From Planctomycetota bacterium (GTDB lineage Bacteria; Planctomycetota; B15-G4; SIAN01), in contig JANNXA010000027.1 of NCBI GenBank assembly GCA_031409275.1, positions 64,001 to 128,000 of the forward strand: 64,000 bases of DNA, given 5' to 3'. Below the pieces are notes generated by a model. That model saw only the letters and a program-made list of their open reading frames with translations, did no database searches and was not told where the DNA came from. Positions within the stretch are counted from its first letter, which is position 1; each line of letters begins with the position of its first letter. The translations under genes and the position numbers were made by a program. Of this stretch, positions 9,299-18,405 are shown piece by piece.

Positions 9299-10456
9299 TC
9301 ATGACGGGTCGGCGGCGAGGCCGAGGAAGGAACGGAAGAGCGCCAGCGAAGCGACCATCTTCGCGATCGAAGCGTGCTCCGCCTGCTGGTGCGCGAGCTC
9401 GGGCGCGCCTGGACCGCAGCTGACCGCATCGAGTCCCATGGCCGTGAAGCGCCCCACGTCGGTCCACGCCTGCTTGGCGCGCGCCACACCGGAGAGTTGC
9501 ACCAGCCGATCGCACCAGCGGTTGCCCTGCGCGACGCGGCCCGCGGGCGCGAGGTCCTTGAAGGCGACTTCGGCGAGGCCGTCGGCGAGCTGCGTCACCT
9601 GCGCGCGCGCGTCGTCCGGCGTGCGATCGGGCGCGAAGCGGAAGTTCAGGTTCATCACGCAGTCGTCGGGAATGACGTTCTTCGCCTTGCCGCCGCGGAT
9701 GCCGGTGATCGACATCACCTCGCGATACTCGATGTCGGGGCGGCCGGGCGGCGACCAGCGCCGCTCGGCGCGCTCCGCCACCTGGTGCAGCAGCGGCAGC
9801 GCGGCGTGGATCGCGTTCTTGCCGAGCCACGGTCGCGCCGCGTGGGCCGCCTTGCCGCGCACGGTCAGCTCCGCGTGCAGCGTCCCGAGGCAGCCGAGCT
9901 CGACCGCGTTGCTGGTCGGCTCGACGCAGATCGCGAACTGCGCCTCGCTCAACGCCGGCCAGTCGCGCGCCACCTCGATCAGCCCCGACTCGGCGAAGGC
10001 GATCTCCTCGCGCGCGTAGAAGACGAAGGCGGGCGAGCAGGGCAGCCGCGTCGCCGCCGCCGGATCGCGCGCGAGCCACTCCGAAAGTTGATCGAGCAGC
10101 TTCCAGAGCACCGCGATCCCGCTCTTCAGGTCGCTCGTGCCGAGCCCGTGGATCAGGTCGCCTTCGCGCCGCGGCGGCAGGTTGCCGTTGACCGGCACGG
10201 TGTCGAGATGGCCGCAGAAGACGACGAGCGGCTTGCCGGCGAGCGTCGGCAGCGTGACGACGAGGTTGTCGCCCGTGCGGAGCACGAAGCGGCCGGGCAC
10301 GGCGCGCAGCCGCGTCTCGAGCCAGTCGCACAGCGCCTTTTCGTCGCGACTCACCGACGGGATCGAGGCGAGCTCGAGCAGCCGGCGCGCAAGCTCCTCG
10401 CCGAGCGCTGCGCTGCCGCCGTTCGCCGTTCCCGCGCTGTCGATCGCTGCCACCAC
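9299..10456 (-). CDS. dapE: Succinyl-diaminopimelate desuccinylase (M20)
   Basis: GHLDTVP, GLGTSDLKSG, REE, EPT, HAARPWLGKNAIH, KQAWTDV, AH. Start is uncertain (10456 GTG or 10516 ATG). Confidence 0.9.
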   Translation of the reverse strand: MVAAIDSAGTANGGSAALGEELARRLLELASIPSVSRDEKALCDWLETRLRAVPGRFVLRTGDNLVVTLPTLAGKPLVVFCGHLDTVPVNGNLPPRREGDLIHGLGTSDLKSGIAVLWKLLDQLSEWLARDPAAATRLPCSPAFVFYAREEIAFAESGLIEVARDWPALSEAQFAICVEPTSNAVELGCLGTLHAELTVRGKAAHAARPWLGKNAIHAALPLLHQVAERAERRWSPPGRPDIEYREVMSITGIRGGKAKNVIPDDCVMNLNFRFAPDRTPDDARAQVTQLADGLAEVAFKDLAPAGRVAQGNRWCDRLVQLSGVARAKQAWTDVGRFTAMGLDAVSCGPGAPELAHQQAEHASIAKMVASLALFRSFLGLAADPS

Positions 10457-10555
10457 GGCCTCGCTTCGGGTCTCGCTCGCTGTCGCGTGATCTCTCGCGA
10501 CGAAGTGTGGGAGCATAGCGGTGCGTCATCTCCCGCCCGATCGGAGGAGCTCGCC

Positions 10556-10894
10556 ATGCCGTCGCCGTTCATCGCCGATCCCAAGTCACTCGCCGCCTGG
10601 AACGCCGCCAGGATGGGCAAGGCGACGCTCTTTGCTGGATCCCATCTCATGGCGGGTTGGAACGCCTTCGAGCCGGGGCAGGAACACGCGAGCCACGCGC
10701 ACGCCGGCACCGACAAGCTCTACGTCGTGGTCGAGGGCGAAGGCGAGTTCGAAGTCGCTGGCGTACGGCAACGCCTCGCCGCCGGCGCGCACGTCTTCGC
10801 ACCAGCCGGCGTCTCGCATGGGGTGAAGAACGTCGGGACTGGCCGGCTGTTGGTGCTCGCGGTGATGGCGCCGCCGCCGAGATCGAGCGGGTGA
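10556..10894 (+). CDS. Cupin domain protein
   Basis: GGAGG RBS; FEPGQEHASHAH...YVVVEGEG...PAGVSHGVKN cupin motifs. Confidence 0.9.
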   Translation: MPSPFIADPKSLAAWNAARMGKATLFAGSHLMAGWNAFEPGQEHASHAHAGTDKLYVVVEGEGEFEVAGVRQRLAAGAHVFAPAGVSHGVKNVGTGRLLVLAVMAPPPRSSG

Positions 10895-11007
10895 ACGGCG
10901 CGACCGCCGCGGAGGCGCCATAGCAGGTGGCGCGGCGGCGTCGCGAGCGGCGCTATCGTTCGCCGCCCTGATTCCGGTCGGATCCCTCGCGGAACGCTCC
11001 CCTCGCC

Positions 11008-11790
11008 ATGTTCTTCGTCTTCCTCGGCATCGCGCTCGCGGACCTGCTCTTCCTCGCGACCTGGCTCGTGCTCGGCTTCCAGGTCGACGGTGAGGCCGCG
11101 CGCGCGCAGTACCACCAGATCGGCGGCCTCATGGTCGCGATCCTCACGGTCTTCGCGCACAGCGTGACCTTCGTCTACTTCCTCGGCACCGGGCTCGCCG
11201 TGAAAGAGGCGCGCAAGAACTGGGGGATCGACACCGACTTCATCCGCCAGACGCGGCGCTTCAAGCTGCAGGCCTACCCGATCTCGATGGTGGCGATCGG
11301 CTTCACGTGTGCCACCGGCATCCTCGGCGGCGCGGTACGCAGCGGGGACGCGCCGATCCTGGTGCACCGCCTGCTCGCGTTCGCGGCGACGCTGACGACG
11401 CTCGCCTCGTTCGTCGTCTCGCTGCGGCTCATGCTGCGCAACGGCTACATGATGGCGGTGATCCGCGGTGAGGTCGTGCAGATCAAGGCGGCGGCCGCGC
11501 GCGGCGAAGCGGTGCTGGGCATCGGCGGCGGCAAGCCGGAGCTGCTCAAGCGTCCCGACGAAGTGAAGCAGGCGCCATCGGGCTTCCTCGCGTCGCGTGC
11601 CTGCCTCTTCCTCGCGATCAGCACGTGGGGGCTCTACGCCTTCCTGTGGGCGCAGCACCGCGCGCACGGCAAGTGGGCCGACTTCGGAACCGTCGGCTGG
11701 ATCCCGTTCGCGGCCGTGTCGCTGCCGCTGCTGGTGGGGGCGGTGTGGTTGAAGGGGAGGTATCCGCTACCACGCGACGTCGACTTCTAG
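11008..11790 (+). CDS. Hypothetical multi-TM membrane protein with conserved-looking His residues
   Basis: About 6 hydrophobic segments (HQIGGLMVAILTVFAHSVTFVYFLGTG) and typical high-GC codon usage. Confidence 0.75.
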   Translation: MFFVFLGIALADLLFLATWLVLGFQVDGEAARAQYHQIGGLMVAILTVFAHSVTFVYFLGTGLAVKEARKNWGIDTDFIRQTRRFKLQAYPISMVAIGFTCATGILGGAVRSGDAPILVHRLLAFAATLTTLASFVVSLRLMLRNGYMMAVIRGEVVQIKAAAARGEAVLGIGGGKPELLKRPDEVKQAPSGFLASRACLFLAISTWGLYAFLWAQHRAHGKWADFGTVGWIPFAAVSLPLLVGAVWLKGRYPLPRDVDF

Positions 11791-11793
11791 GCG

Positions 11794-11910
11794 GCTTGCG
11801 GCGGCGGGTCATCTGCGTCGTCGGGGCGCCCATCGCAGTGTCCTGCGGACACAGCTTCGGGACGCCCCTCCTCGCATCTGACCCACCGGCGCGGCGCCGC
11901 CGGCGCAAGC
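11794..11910. repeat. Long imperfect palindrome (REP/MITE-like hairpin)
   Basis: Nested arms GCTTGCG/CGCAAGC, GGGTCA/TGACCC, TGCG/CGCA, GGGGCG/CGCCCC and GTGTCC-tgc-GGACAC. Confidence 0.7.
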
Positions 11911-11928
11911 GGGGCGAGCGGTGGTTGC

Positions 11929-12096
11929 GCGAGCGGCTGCGGGTACGCAGCGCTCGGCGTCGGTGACGGGGCGAGCGGCTGCGGGTACGCAGCGCTCGGC
12001 GACGGTGACGGGGCGAGCGGCTGCGAGGACGCAGCGCTCGGCGATGGTGACGGGGCGAGCGGCTGCGAGGACGCAGCGCTCGGCGATGGTGACGGC
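11929..12096. repeat. Four tandem 42-bp units, each containing a hairpin
   Basis: Units at 11929, 11971, 12013 and 12055 with consensus GCGAGCGGCTGCG(GGTA/AGGA)CGCAGCGCTCGGCG(TC/AC/AT)GGTGACGGG. Confidence 0.95.
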
Positions 12097-12112
12097 GCTA
12101 GGGAGGGTGGCG

Positions 12113-13024
12113 ATGTTGCTTGGGGCGCATGTGTCGGTGGCGGGCGGGTTGGTGAATGGGGCGGTCGAGGGGCGGGCGATTGGCGCGGAGGTGATTCAGG
12201 TCTTTACGCGCAATCAACGGCAGTGGGCGGCGAAGCCGGTTACCGATGAAGAGGCGGTCGGGTTTCGCGACAGTCTCGGAGCGCAGCGGATCGGCGCGGT
12301 GATGTCGCACGCTTCGTATCTGCTGAACCTGTGCGCCCCCAATCTCGAGGCGCGGCGCAAGTCGGCGGCGGCCTTCATCGCGGAGATCGAGCGCTGCGCG
12401 AAGCTCGGCGTGACGCTGCTCAACTTCCATCCGGGCGCGCATCTGGGTTCGGGCGAGTCGGCGGCGATCGAGGCAGCGGCGCAGATCCTGCGCGAGGCGA
12501 TCGAAGAGACGCCCGATGCGACGCAGGTGCGTCTGGTGATCGAGAACACGGCCGGACAAGGCTCCTGCATCGGCCATCGCTTCGAGCACCTCGCCGAGCT
12601 GCTCGAGAAGGTCGGAGACGAGAAGCGCACCGGGATCTGTCTCGATACGCAACACGCCTACGCCGCGGGTTACGACGTGAAGAGTGCGACCGGATTCGAA
12701 GGGGTGATCGCGGACTTGGAGCGGACCGTCGGCCTGAAGCGGCTGCACGCCTTCCACCTGAACGACTCGAAGGTCGCGCTCGGCGGAAAAGTCGATCGTC
12801 ATCAGTGCCTCGGCGACGGCACCATCGGCTGGGAGCTCTTCGAGCGGCTCGCCGTCGACCCGCGCTTCGCCACGACCCCGGGGTTCCTCGAGACGCCGGC
12901 CGGGCCGTCAGGGTGGCAGAAGGAGATCGCCCATCTGCGCGCGGTCAGCGCAGCTCCGCAAGCTGCGTCAACTGCTGGCGCGCCGTCGCGGCGTGAGCGC
13001 TCGTCCCCGAAGCGAGCACGCTGA
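12113..13024 (+). CDS. nfo: Endonuclease IV (AP endonuclease)
   Basis: LLGAHVS, HASYLLNL, NFHPG, IENTAGQG, CLDTQH, HLNDSK, DRH and ETP zinc-ligand motifs; GGGAGG RBS. Confidence 0.95.
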   Translation: MLLGAHVSVAGGLVNGAVEGRAIGAEVIQVFTRNQRQWAAKPVTDEEAVGFRDSLGAQRIGAVMSHASYLLNLCAPNLEARRKSAAAFIAEIERCAKLGVTLLNFHPGAHLGSGESAAIEAAAQILREAIEETPDATQVRLVIENTAGQGSCIGHRFEHLAELLEKVGDEKRTGICLDTQHAYAAGYDVKSATGFEGVIADLERTVGLKRLHAFHLNDSKVALGGKVDRHQCLGDGTIGWELFERLAVDPRFATTPGFLETPAGPSGWQKEIAHLRAVSAAPQAASTAGAPSRRERSSPKRAR

Positions 13025-13493
13025 GCTCGCGCGTCGCTTCGTCGGCGCGCGACAGTTCGAGCAGCAGCTGGACCAGCGCGAAACGGGCATCGTCCTGCAG
13101 CGGAGGCGCTGCGAGCTGCACGGCATCTTGCAGGCTCGCGAGTCCTTGGGCGGGGTGGCGATCCTGCAGGCAGGCGAGTCCGTGCAGGTAGCGGATGCCG
13201 GCGTGCGCCAGCGTCGGCTCGACGCGCTCGAGCGCGACGGCGAGCGTCGCGAAGTGGCCGGCAGCGAGGTGGCCAAGCAGCTCGTCGCGCAGCTTTGCCG
13301 GCAGCGCGTCGCCGAGCAGCGCGCTCGCCTGCGCTGCGTCGGGCAGCGCCAGCGGAAGCGCCAGCGCGGCGACGGCGCGCGCCTGCGGCGGGAAGAAGCG
13401 GTCGCGAAACGGCCCGACCACCAACGCAACCGGCACACAGACGGCGACGGCGAGGAAGAGGAGCAGGCGGCGGTTGCTGGTGGGGTGCGACAT
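12945..13493 (-). CDS. Hypothetical membrane-anchored TPR-like protein
   Basis: N-terminal TM (RRLLLFLAVAVCVPVALVV) and helical repeats (RYLHGLACLQ, ARFALVQLLLEL). It overlaps the nfo 3' end. Confidence 0.6.
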   Translation of the reverse strand: MSHPTSNRRLLLFLAVAVCVPVALVVGPFRDRFFPPQARAVAALALPLALPDAAQASALLGDALPAKLRDELLGHLAAGHFATLAVALERVEPTLAHAGIRYLHGLACLQDRHPAQGLASLQDAVQLAAPPLQDDARFALVQLLLELSRADEATRELSVLASGTSAHAATARQQLTQLAELR

Positions 13494-13549
13494 CGGGCGC
13501 CCGTCATAATGCGTCGCGTCGCGAAACGTGCCGGAGTTGCAAAGCCGCC

Positions 13550-15751
13550 TTGATCCCGATCGTCTCCGGCAACCTCGGCGTCGACCTGCTGCTCCACCGG
13601 CAGACGGGCGCGGCGGCCCCATTGGCGGCCGCCACCGTTGCAGCGATCGAGCGGATGGCGGCGCTCGGGGCCGGTGCGGTCGAGGAGTACCTGGCGTGGG
13701 CGCTCGTCGAGCCGGAGCGCGGCCGCTTCGAGTGGGGCCGCGCGCGTGCGACGGCGGCGGCGGCCCACGCTCGCGGGTTGCGCTACGTGGTCTACCCGTG
13801 GCTGCACGTCGTGCCCACGTGGTTCCTGCGCGACGCGGAGTTCGTTCCCTACCGCTGCCTCGAGCACGACCAGAGTTGCGGCTGGCCTTCACCGTTCGCG
13901 CCGACCACGCGCGCCGCGTTCGCCCGCTTCTTCGCCGCGCTTCGCGACGGACTCGGAACCGAGATCGATGCGCTGTGCGTCGCCTTTCCGGCCGACTACG
14001 GCGAGGCGGGCTTTCCGACTGGAATGGCGACCTGGGTCAATCCGCTGGCGCCGCCGCACGATCATGTCCACGCCGGATTCTGGTGCGGCGATCGGCACGC
14101 GCGGGCGGCATGGGAGCGCTTCGCCACGCGGCACGGCGCGCCGCTCGATCCGGCGCTCGCATTCGCGGCGCCGGAGGGGCGCGCCACGCTCGCTCGCTTC
14201 CTGGCCGAGGCGATGGCGGACTTCGCCGACGCGATCCTCGCCGCGGCGCGTGCGGCGTTTCCGGCGCTGCCGATCTGGATCAAGGTGGGGCACGGCGGTG
14301 AGCTCGCCGAGTACGGCGTCGACGCGACCCTGTTGGTGCGTGCCGCGGCGCGCCACGGCGCTGGCGTGCGCACCACGCAAGCGACGCTGCCGTGGCTGCA
14401 TCAGCAGCGACTCGCGACGCCGTGCCACTGGTTCGCGGTCCCATTCGCGAGCGAGCCGCCCGCCGACGTCGGGCGTGAGGCGGTGGCGGCTCGCTTGTTC
14501 GATGACGCCGCGACTGGAGTGGTCGAGGCGTTCGACTATCCGGAGTACCTCGAAGGGGCGTGCGACCTGCTCGCGCGAGATGGCGCGCTGCGTTGCGGAG
14601 CGCTGCCGCGGGTCGACGTCGCGCTCCACTTCGCCAGCGATGCGCTGCACGCGCAGGAGGCGATGGCGATGCCGCCGCGGCTCCATCGCCTTGCGGAAGC
14701 GCTGCGTGACCGTTTCGACTTCGCGGTGGTCGATCGGACGCTGATCGCGGCGGGTGTGCTCAGCGGGCAGCGGGTCGTGGCGCTGCTCGAAGGGTGCTTC
14801 GACGACGTCGACGAGCAGCGGGCGCTCCTGCAGTTCGTCGCGACGGGAGGCACGCTCCTGTGCGGCGCTGGCGTGCGCTGCGCCGAGGGCCCTTTGTCGC
14901 ATGCGCTGGCTCGCGCGCCGGATGCCAGTGGCGCCGTGCTCCTCCACGCGAAACCGTCGGCCTCGCATGTCGTGCGTTTCGGAACGCCGGGCGAAGAGCA
15001 GTGGCTCTTTGGCGAATGGCATGCGGCGGAGGAGGCGTGCCAGTTCGTCGGCGGGCCGCCGCGGGGCGAACGGGCGCGCTGGAGCGGCGCGGGCGCCGGG
15101 CTGTTGCTGGCGCGGCCGGCGGGGCGGCGCGCGCTGCTCGAAATTGAGTGCTGGAGCCATCCGCTCTTCGTCGGGCAGAAGCGCGTCGTCGAGCTCGACG
15201 GGGTCGTGCTGGGCGAACTCGATCGCGCGGGGCTGCAGCGTTTCGCGGCGTGGATGCCGGCCCCATGCGACGACTGCGCCTCGCGCCTCACGTTCGGTGG
15301 CGACCTCGTCGTGCCGTCGCAGCGCGGGATGAGCCGCGACCCGCGCGCGCTCGGCGTCGCGATGTTGTGGCTGCGCGTGACGGCGGAGGGCGAGGCCGCG
15401 GCAGCGGTCGCGAGTGCGCCGCCGCCTCGCTACGACGCGACGGTCGATGGCGAGCACCTCGCCACCGAGGAGCTTGAAGGCGGCCGCGGCGTCCTGCTGC
15501 GTCTCGCCGATGGCCCGGAGCTGCGCTTCGTGGCGCTGCTCGAGTGGCTGGTGCGCGCGCGATCGGCGTGGGGCCGGGCGGCGCCGTCGGCACCGCCGGG
15601 CGTGCGGCTCGCTCGCTTCGCGGACCACTGGCTGGCATGGAATCGGACCTCGAATCGAGTGAAGCTCGCGGCGACGCCCACCACTGCCGCAGTGGAACTC
15701 GGCGCCGGCGCACTCGCCCGGCTGCCGTTGCTCGAAGAGGAGCGCTCGTGA
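13550..15751 (+). CDS. Putative glycoside hydrolase (GH42/GH14-like TIM barrel plus trimerisation-like domain)
   Basis: EEYLAWALVEPERGRFEW, VPTWF, DYGEAGFP, GFWCGD. TTG start is inferred. Confidence 0.6.
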   Translation: MIPIVSGNLGVDLLLHRQTGAAAPLAAATVAAIERMAALGAGAVEEYLAWALVEPERGRFEWGRARATAAAAHARGLRYVVYPWLHVVPTWFLRDAEFVPYRCLEHDQSCGWPSPFAPTTRAAFARFFAALRDGLGTEIDALCVAFPADYGEAGFPTGMATWVNPLAPPHDHVHAGFWCGDRHARAAWERFATRHGAPLDPALAFAAPEGRATLARFLAEAMADFADAILAAARAAFPALPIWIKVGHGGELAEYGVDATLLVRAAARHGAGVRTTQATLPWLHQQRLATPCHWFAVPFASEPPADVGREAVAARLFDDAATGVVEAFDYPEYLEGACDLLARDGALRCGALPRVDVALHFASDALHAQEAMAMPPRLHRLAEALRDRFDFAVVDRTLIAAGVLSGQRVVALLEGCFDDVDEQRALLQFVATGGTLLCGAGVRCAEGPLSHALARAPDASGAVLLHAKPSASHVVRFGTPGEEQWLFGEWHAAEEACQFVGGPPRGERARWSGAGAGLLLARPAGRRALLEIECWSHPLFVGQKRVVELDGVVLGELDRAGLQRFAAWMPAPCDDCASRLTFGGDLVVPSQRGMSRDPRALGVAMLWLRVTAEGEAAAAVASAPPPRYDATVDGEHLATEELEGGRGVLLRLADGPELRFVALLEWLVRARSAWGRAAPSAPPGVRLARFADHWLAWNRTSNRVKLAATPTTAAVELGAGALARLPLLEEERS

Positions 15752-16920
15752 TTTCGCAGAAGCTCGTCCCGTTCGGCACGACCATCTTGAGCGAGATGAC
15801 GGCGCTCGCGCAGCAGCACGGCGCGATCAACCTCGCCCAGGGCTTCCCCGACTTCGAGGGACCGCGCGCGATCGTCGAGGCGGCGCAGCGCGCGCTGGGC
15901 GCGGGCGAGAACCAGTACGCCCGCTCGCTCGGCCATCCGGCGCTGGTGAAGGCGCTGGCGGCCAAGTACCGCCGTCGGCAGGGACTCGAGTTCGATCCGC
16001 AGAGCGAAGTGGTCATCTTCTGCGGCGCCACCGAAGGAATCGCGAGCTCGCTGCTCGGCCTGCTCGATCCCGGCGACGAGGTGATCCTCTTCGAGCCGTA
16101 CTACGACAGCTATCCGGTCGCGGTGGCGTTGGCGGGCGCGAAGCCGCGCTTCTGCACGCTCCGCTTCCCCGACTTCCGCATCGACGAAGCGGCGCTCGCG
16201 GCCTGCTTCACGGCGCGCACCAAGGTCCTCCTCCTCAACACTCCGCACAACCCGACCGGCAAGGTCTTCACGCGCGCGGAGCTCGAGGTCATCGCGCGGC
16301 TCTGCCATCAGCACGACGTCGTGGTGGTGGCCGACGAGGTCTACGAGCACCTCACCTACGACGGCGCCGAGGCGATCTCGATCGCCACCTTGCCCGGCAT
16401 GCGCGAGCGGACGCTCACGCTGTCGTCGAGCGGCAAGTGCTTTTCGCTGACGGGCTGGAAGATCGGCTGGGGCGTCGGACCGCGCGCCCTGGTGGCGGCG
16501 GCGCAGGCGGCCCATCAGTACGTGACGTTCTCGGTGGCGACGCCGCTGCAGGTCGCCATCGCGGAGGCGATCGAACAGTTCCAGGACGACTACTTCGCGC
16601 AGTTGCAGCGCGACTACACCGCGCGGCGCGACTTCCTGGTGGGCGTGCTGCGCGAAGTCGGATTCGAGGTCGCGCTGCCGCGCGGCGCCTACTTCGTGCT
16701 GGCCGACTTCACGCGCCGTTTCCCGCGCGAGCGCCATGGCGACGATCGCGCGGTGGCGCGAATGCTGGTCGAGCAGTTCGGCGTCGCCGCCATTCCGCCG
16801 AGCGTCTTCTATGCGCAGGACGACGACGGCAAACGGCTGCTGCGTTTCGCCTTCTGCAAGCGCATGGAGACGCTGGAGGCCGCGGCGAAGCGGCTGCGCG
16901 CGATGGGAGCTCCACGATGA
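15748..16920 (+). CDS. Methionine/glutamine aminotransferase (YbdL-like, class I PLP)
   Basis: AINLAQGFPDF, FEPYYDSY, LNTPHNPTGKVF, DEVYEH, SSGKCFSLTGWKIGW, RFAFCK. Confidence 0.9.
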   Translation: MISQKLVPFGTTILSEMTALAQQHGAINLAQGFPDFEGPRAIVEAAQRALGAGENQYARSLGHPALVKALAAKYRRRQGLEFDPQSEVVIFCGATEGIASSLLGLLDPGDEVILFEPYYDSYPVAVALAGAKPRFCTLRFPDFRIDEAALAACFTARTKVLLLNTPHNPTGKVFTRAELEVIARLCHQHDVVVVADEVYEHLTYDGAEAISIATLPGMRERTLTLSSSGKCFSLTGWKIGWGVGPRALVAAAQAAHQYVTFSVATPLQVAIAEAIEQFQDDYFAQLQRDYTARRDFLVGVLREVGFEVALPRGAYFVLADFTRRFPRERHGDDRAVARMLVEQFGVAAIPPSVFYAQDDDGKRLLRFAFCKRMETLEAAAKRLRAMGAPR

Positions 16921-17711
16921 TCGTCGCCGGATTGCAGCTCGATCTGGCGTGGGAGGATCCCGACGAGAACTTCCGCCGCGCGCAGTCGGCGGCGCAGCGA
17001 GCGGTCGCGGCTGGTGCGCGCTTGCTGGTGCTGCCCGAGATGTTCAACACCGGCTTCTCGATGGACGCCGCGCGTTGTGCCGCGGCGGCGGATCGGACCC
17101 GCGCCTGGCTCGTGGCGCTCGCGCGCTCGCTCCAGTGCTACGTGGGGGGCGGCTTCGCGGAGCCGGCGCCGACGAGTGGCAGCGGTGCGGCGGGGCGACC
17201 GCGCAACGCCTTCGCGCTGTTCGCGCCCGATGGCCGCGAGCTGCTCCACTACCAGAAGGTGCACCCCTTCGCGCTCGCGGGCGAGGCGGACCACTACGCG
17301 GCCGGCGCGACGTTGCCGAGCGCGACCATCGAAGGCGTTCGCGTGACGGCGGTCATCTGCTACGACCTGCGCTTCCCCGAGCTCTTCAGAGTGGCGGCCG
17401 AGCGCACCGATCTCTTCCTCGTGCCCGCGAACTGGCCGGCGAAGCGCCGTCATGCGTGGCAGACGCTGCTGGCGGCGCGCGCCATCGAGAACCAGTGCTT
17501 CGTGCTGGGCGTCAATCGGGTCGGCGAGGCGAGCGGCGAGCCGCACAGCGGCGACAGCGCGCTGCTCGATCCCTTCGGCGTGGCGCGCGCGAGCGCCAGC
17601 GAGCAGCCGGCCTTGGTGGTCGGCGACGTGGACGCCGCCGAGGTTGCGCGCGTGCGAGCGCGCTTCCCTTTCCTGCGCGATCGGCGGGCCGACCTCTACC
17701 CGAAGCTGTGA
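16917..17711 (+). CDS. Carbon-nitrogen hydrolase (omega-amidase, YafV/MtnU-like)
   Basis: LPEMF, YQKVH and ICYDLRFPE (E-K-C triad), ARAIENQ; ATGA coupling to the aminotransferase. Confidence 0.9.
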   Translation: MIVAGLQLDLAWEDPDENFRRAQSAAQRAVAAGARLLVLPEMFNTGFSMDAARCAAAADRTRAWLVALARSLQCYVGGGFAEPAPTSGSGAAGRPRNAFALFAPDGRELLHYQKVHPFALAGEADHYAAGATLPSATIEGVRVTAVICYDLRFPELFRVAAERTDLFLVPANWPAKRRHAWQTLLAARAIENQCFVLGVNRVGEASGEPHSGDSALLDPFGVARASASEQPALVVGDVDAAEVARVRARFPFLRDRRADLYPKL

Positions 17712-17724
17712 CTCGCGCGCAGGA

Positions 17725-18342
17725 TCAGACGCGCCAGCGCCCTTCGAGCACGAGGGCGCGAGCCGGCGCGGCGTGATCGAAGAGATGCGCCTGGATGCCC
17801 TCCGCCCGCGCGCCGTCGATGTTGTCGCGGCGGTCGTCGAAGAAGACGGTCTGCTTGGGGTCGAGTGCGAACTGGCTCAAGAGGTGGCGGTAGATCGCGG
17901 CGTCCGGCTTCACCAATCGCACCTGCGCGGAGATGACGATGCCCGCGAATCGCGACCAGAAGTCATGGCGCGGCCGCAGGTAGTCCCAGGTGTCGTGCGA
18001 CATGTTCGAGAGGCAGTAGAGCGCGACGCCGGCGCGATGGAGCTCCTCGAGGAACGCCAGGCTCTCGGGCATCGGCGTGAGCGAGGTCTTCGACGCATGC
18101 ACCAGCCGCGTCAGCAGATCGAGCGGGGCCCCGGTGCGTTCGCGGAATCGCAGCAAGGCGTCCGCCTCGTCGAGCGTGCCGCGATCGAGGTCGACCCAGT
18201 CGGAGTGGTCGAAGATCGAGCGACGGAAGTGGTCGGCGTCGCTGCCGGTCGGCAGGTGATCGCGCACCAACGCGCCCGGATTCCACGACAACAGCACGTT
18301 GCCGACGTCGAAGACGACGTTTCGCGGGAGCTTGGCAGCCAT
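17725..18342 (-). CDS. HAD-family phosphatase
   Basis: FDVGNVL, LSN, KPD and FFDDR..N motifs. Confidence 0.9.
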   Translation of the reverse strand: MAAKLPRNVVFDVGNVLLSWNPGALVRDHLPTGSDADHFRRSIFDHSDWVDLDRGTLDEADALLRFRERTGAPLDLLTRLVHASKTSLTPMPESLAFLEELHRAGVALYCLSNMSHDTWDYLRPRHDFWSRFAGIVISAQVRLVKPDAAIYRHLLSQFALDPKQTVFFDDRRDNIDGARAEGIQAHLFDHAAPARALVLEGRWRV

Positions 18343-18405
18343 CCTCGTCCCTCCCGCCTCGCCTCGCGCGAGCCGCGGTCGCCGCCCAGCGGCGACCGCC
18401 ACGTT

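Noticed and set aside
11929..12096. Possible mini-CRISPR array
   Set aside because: The sequences between hairpins are near-identical rather than unique spacers, and there are no cas genes in the window.
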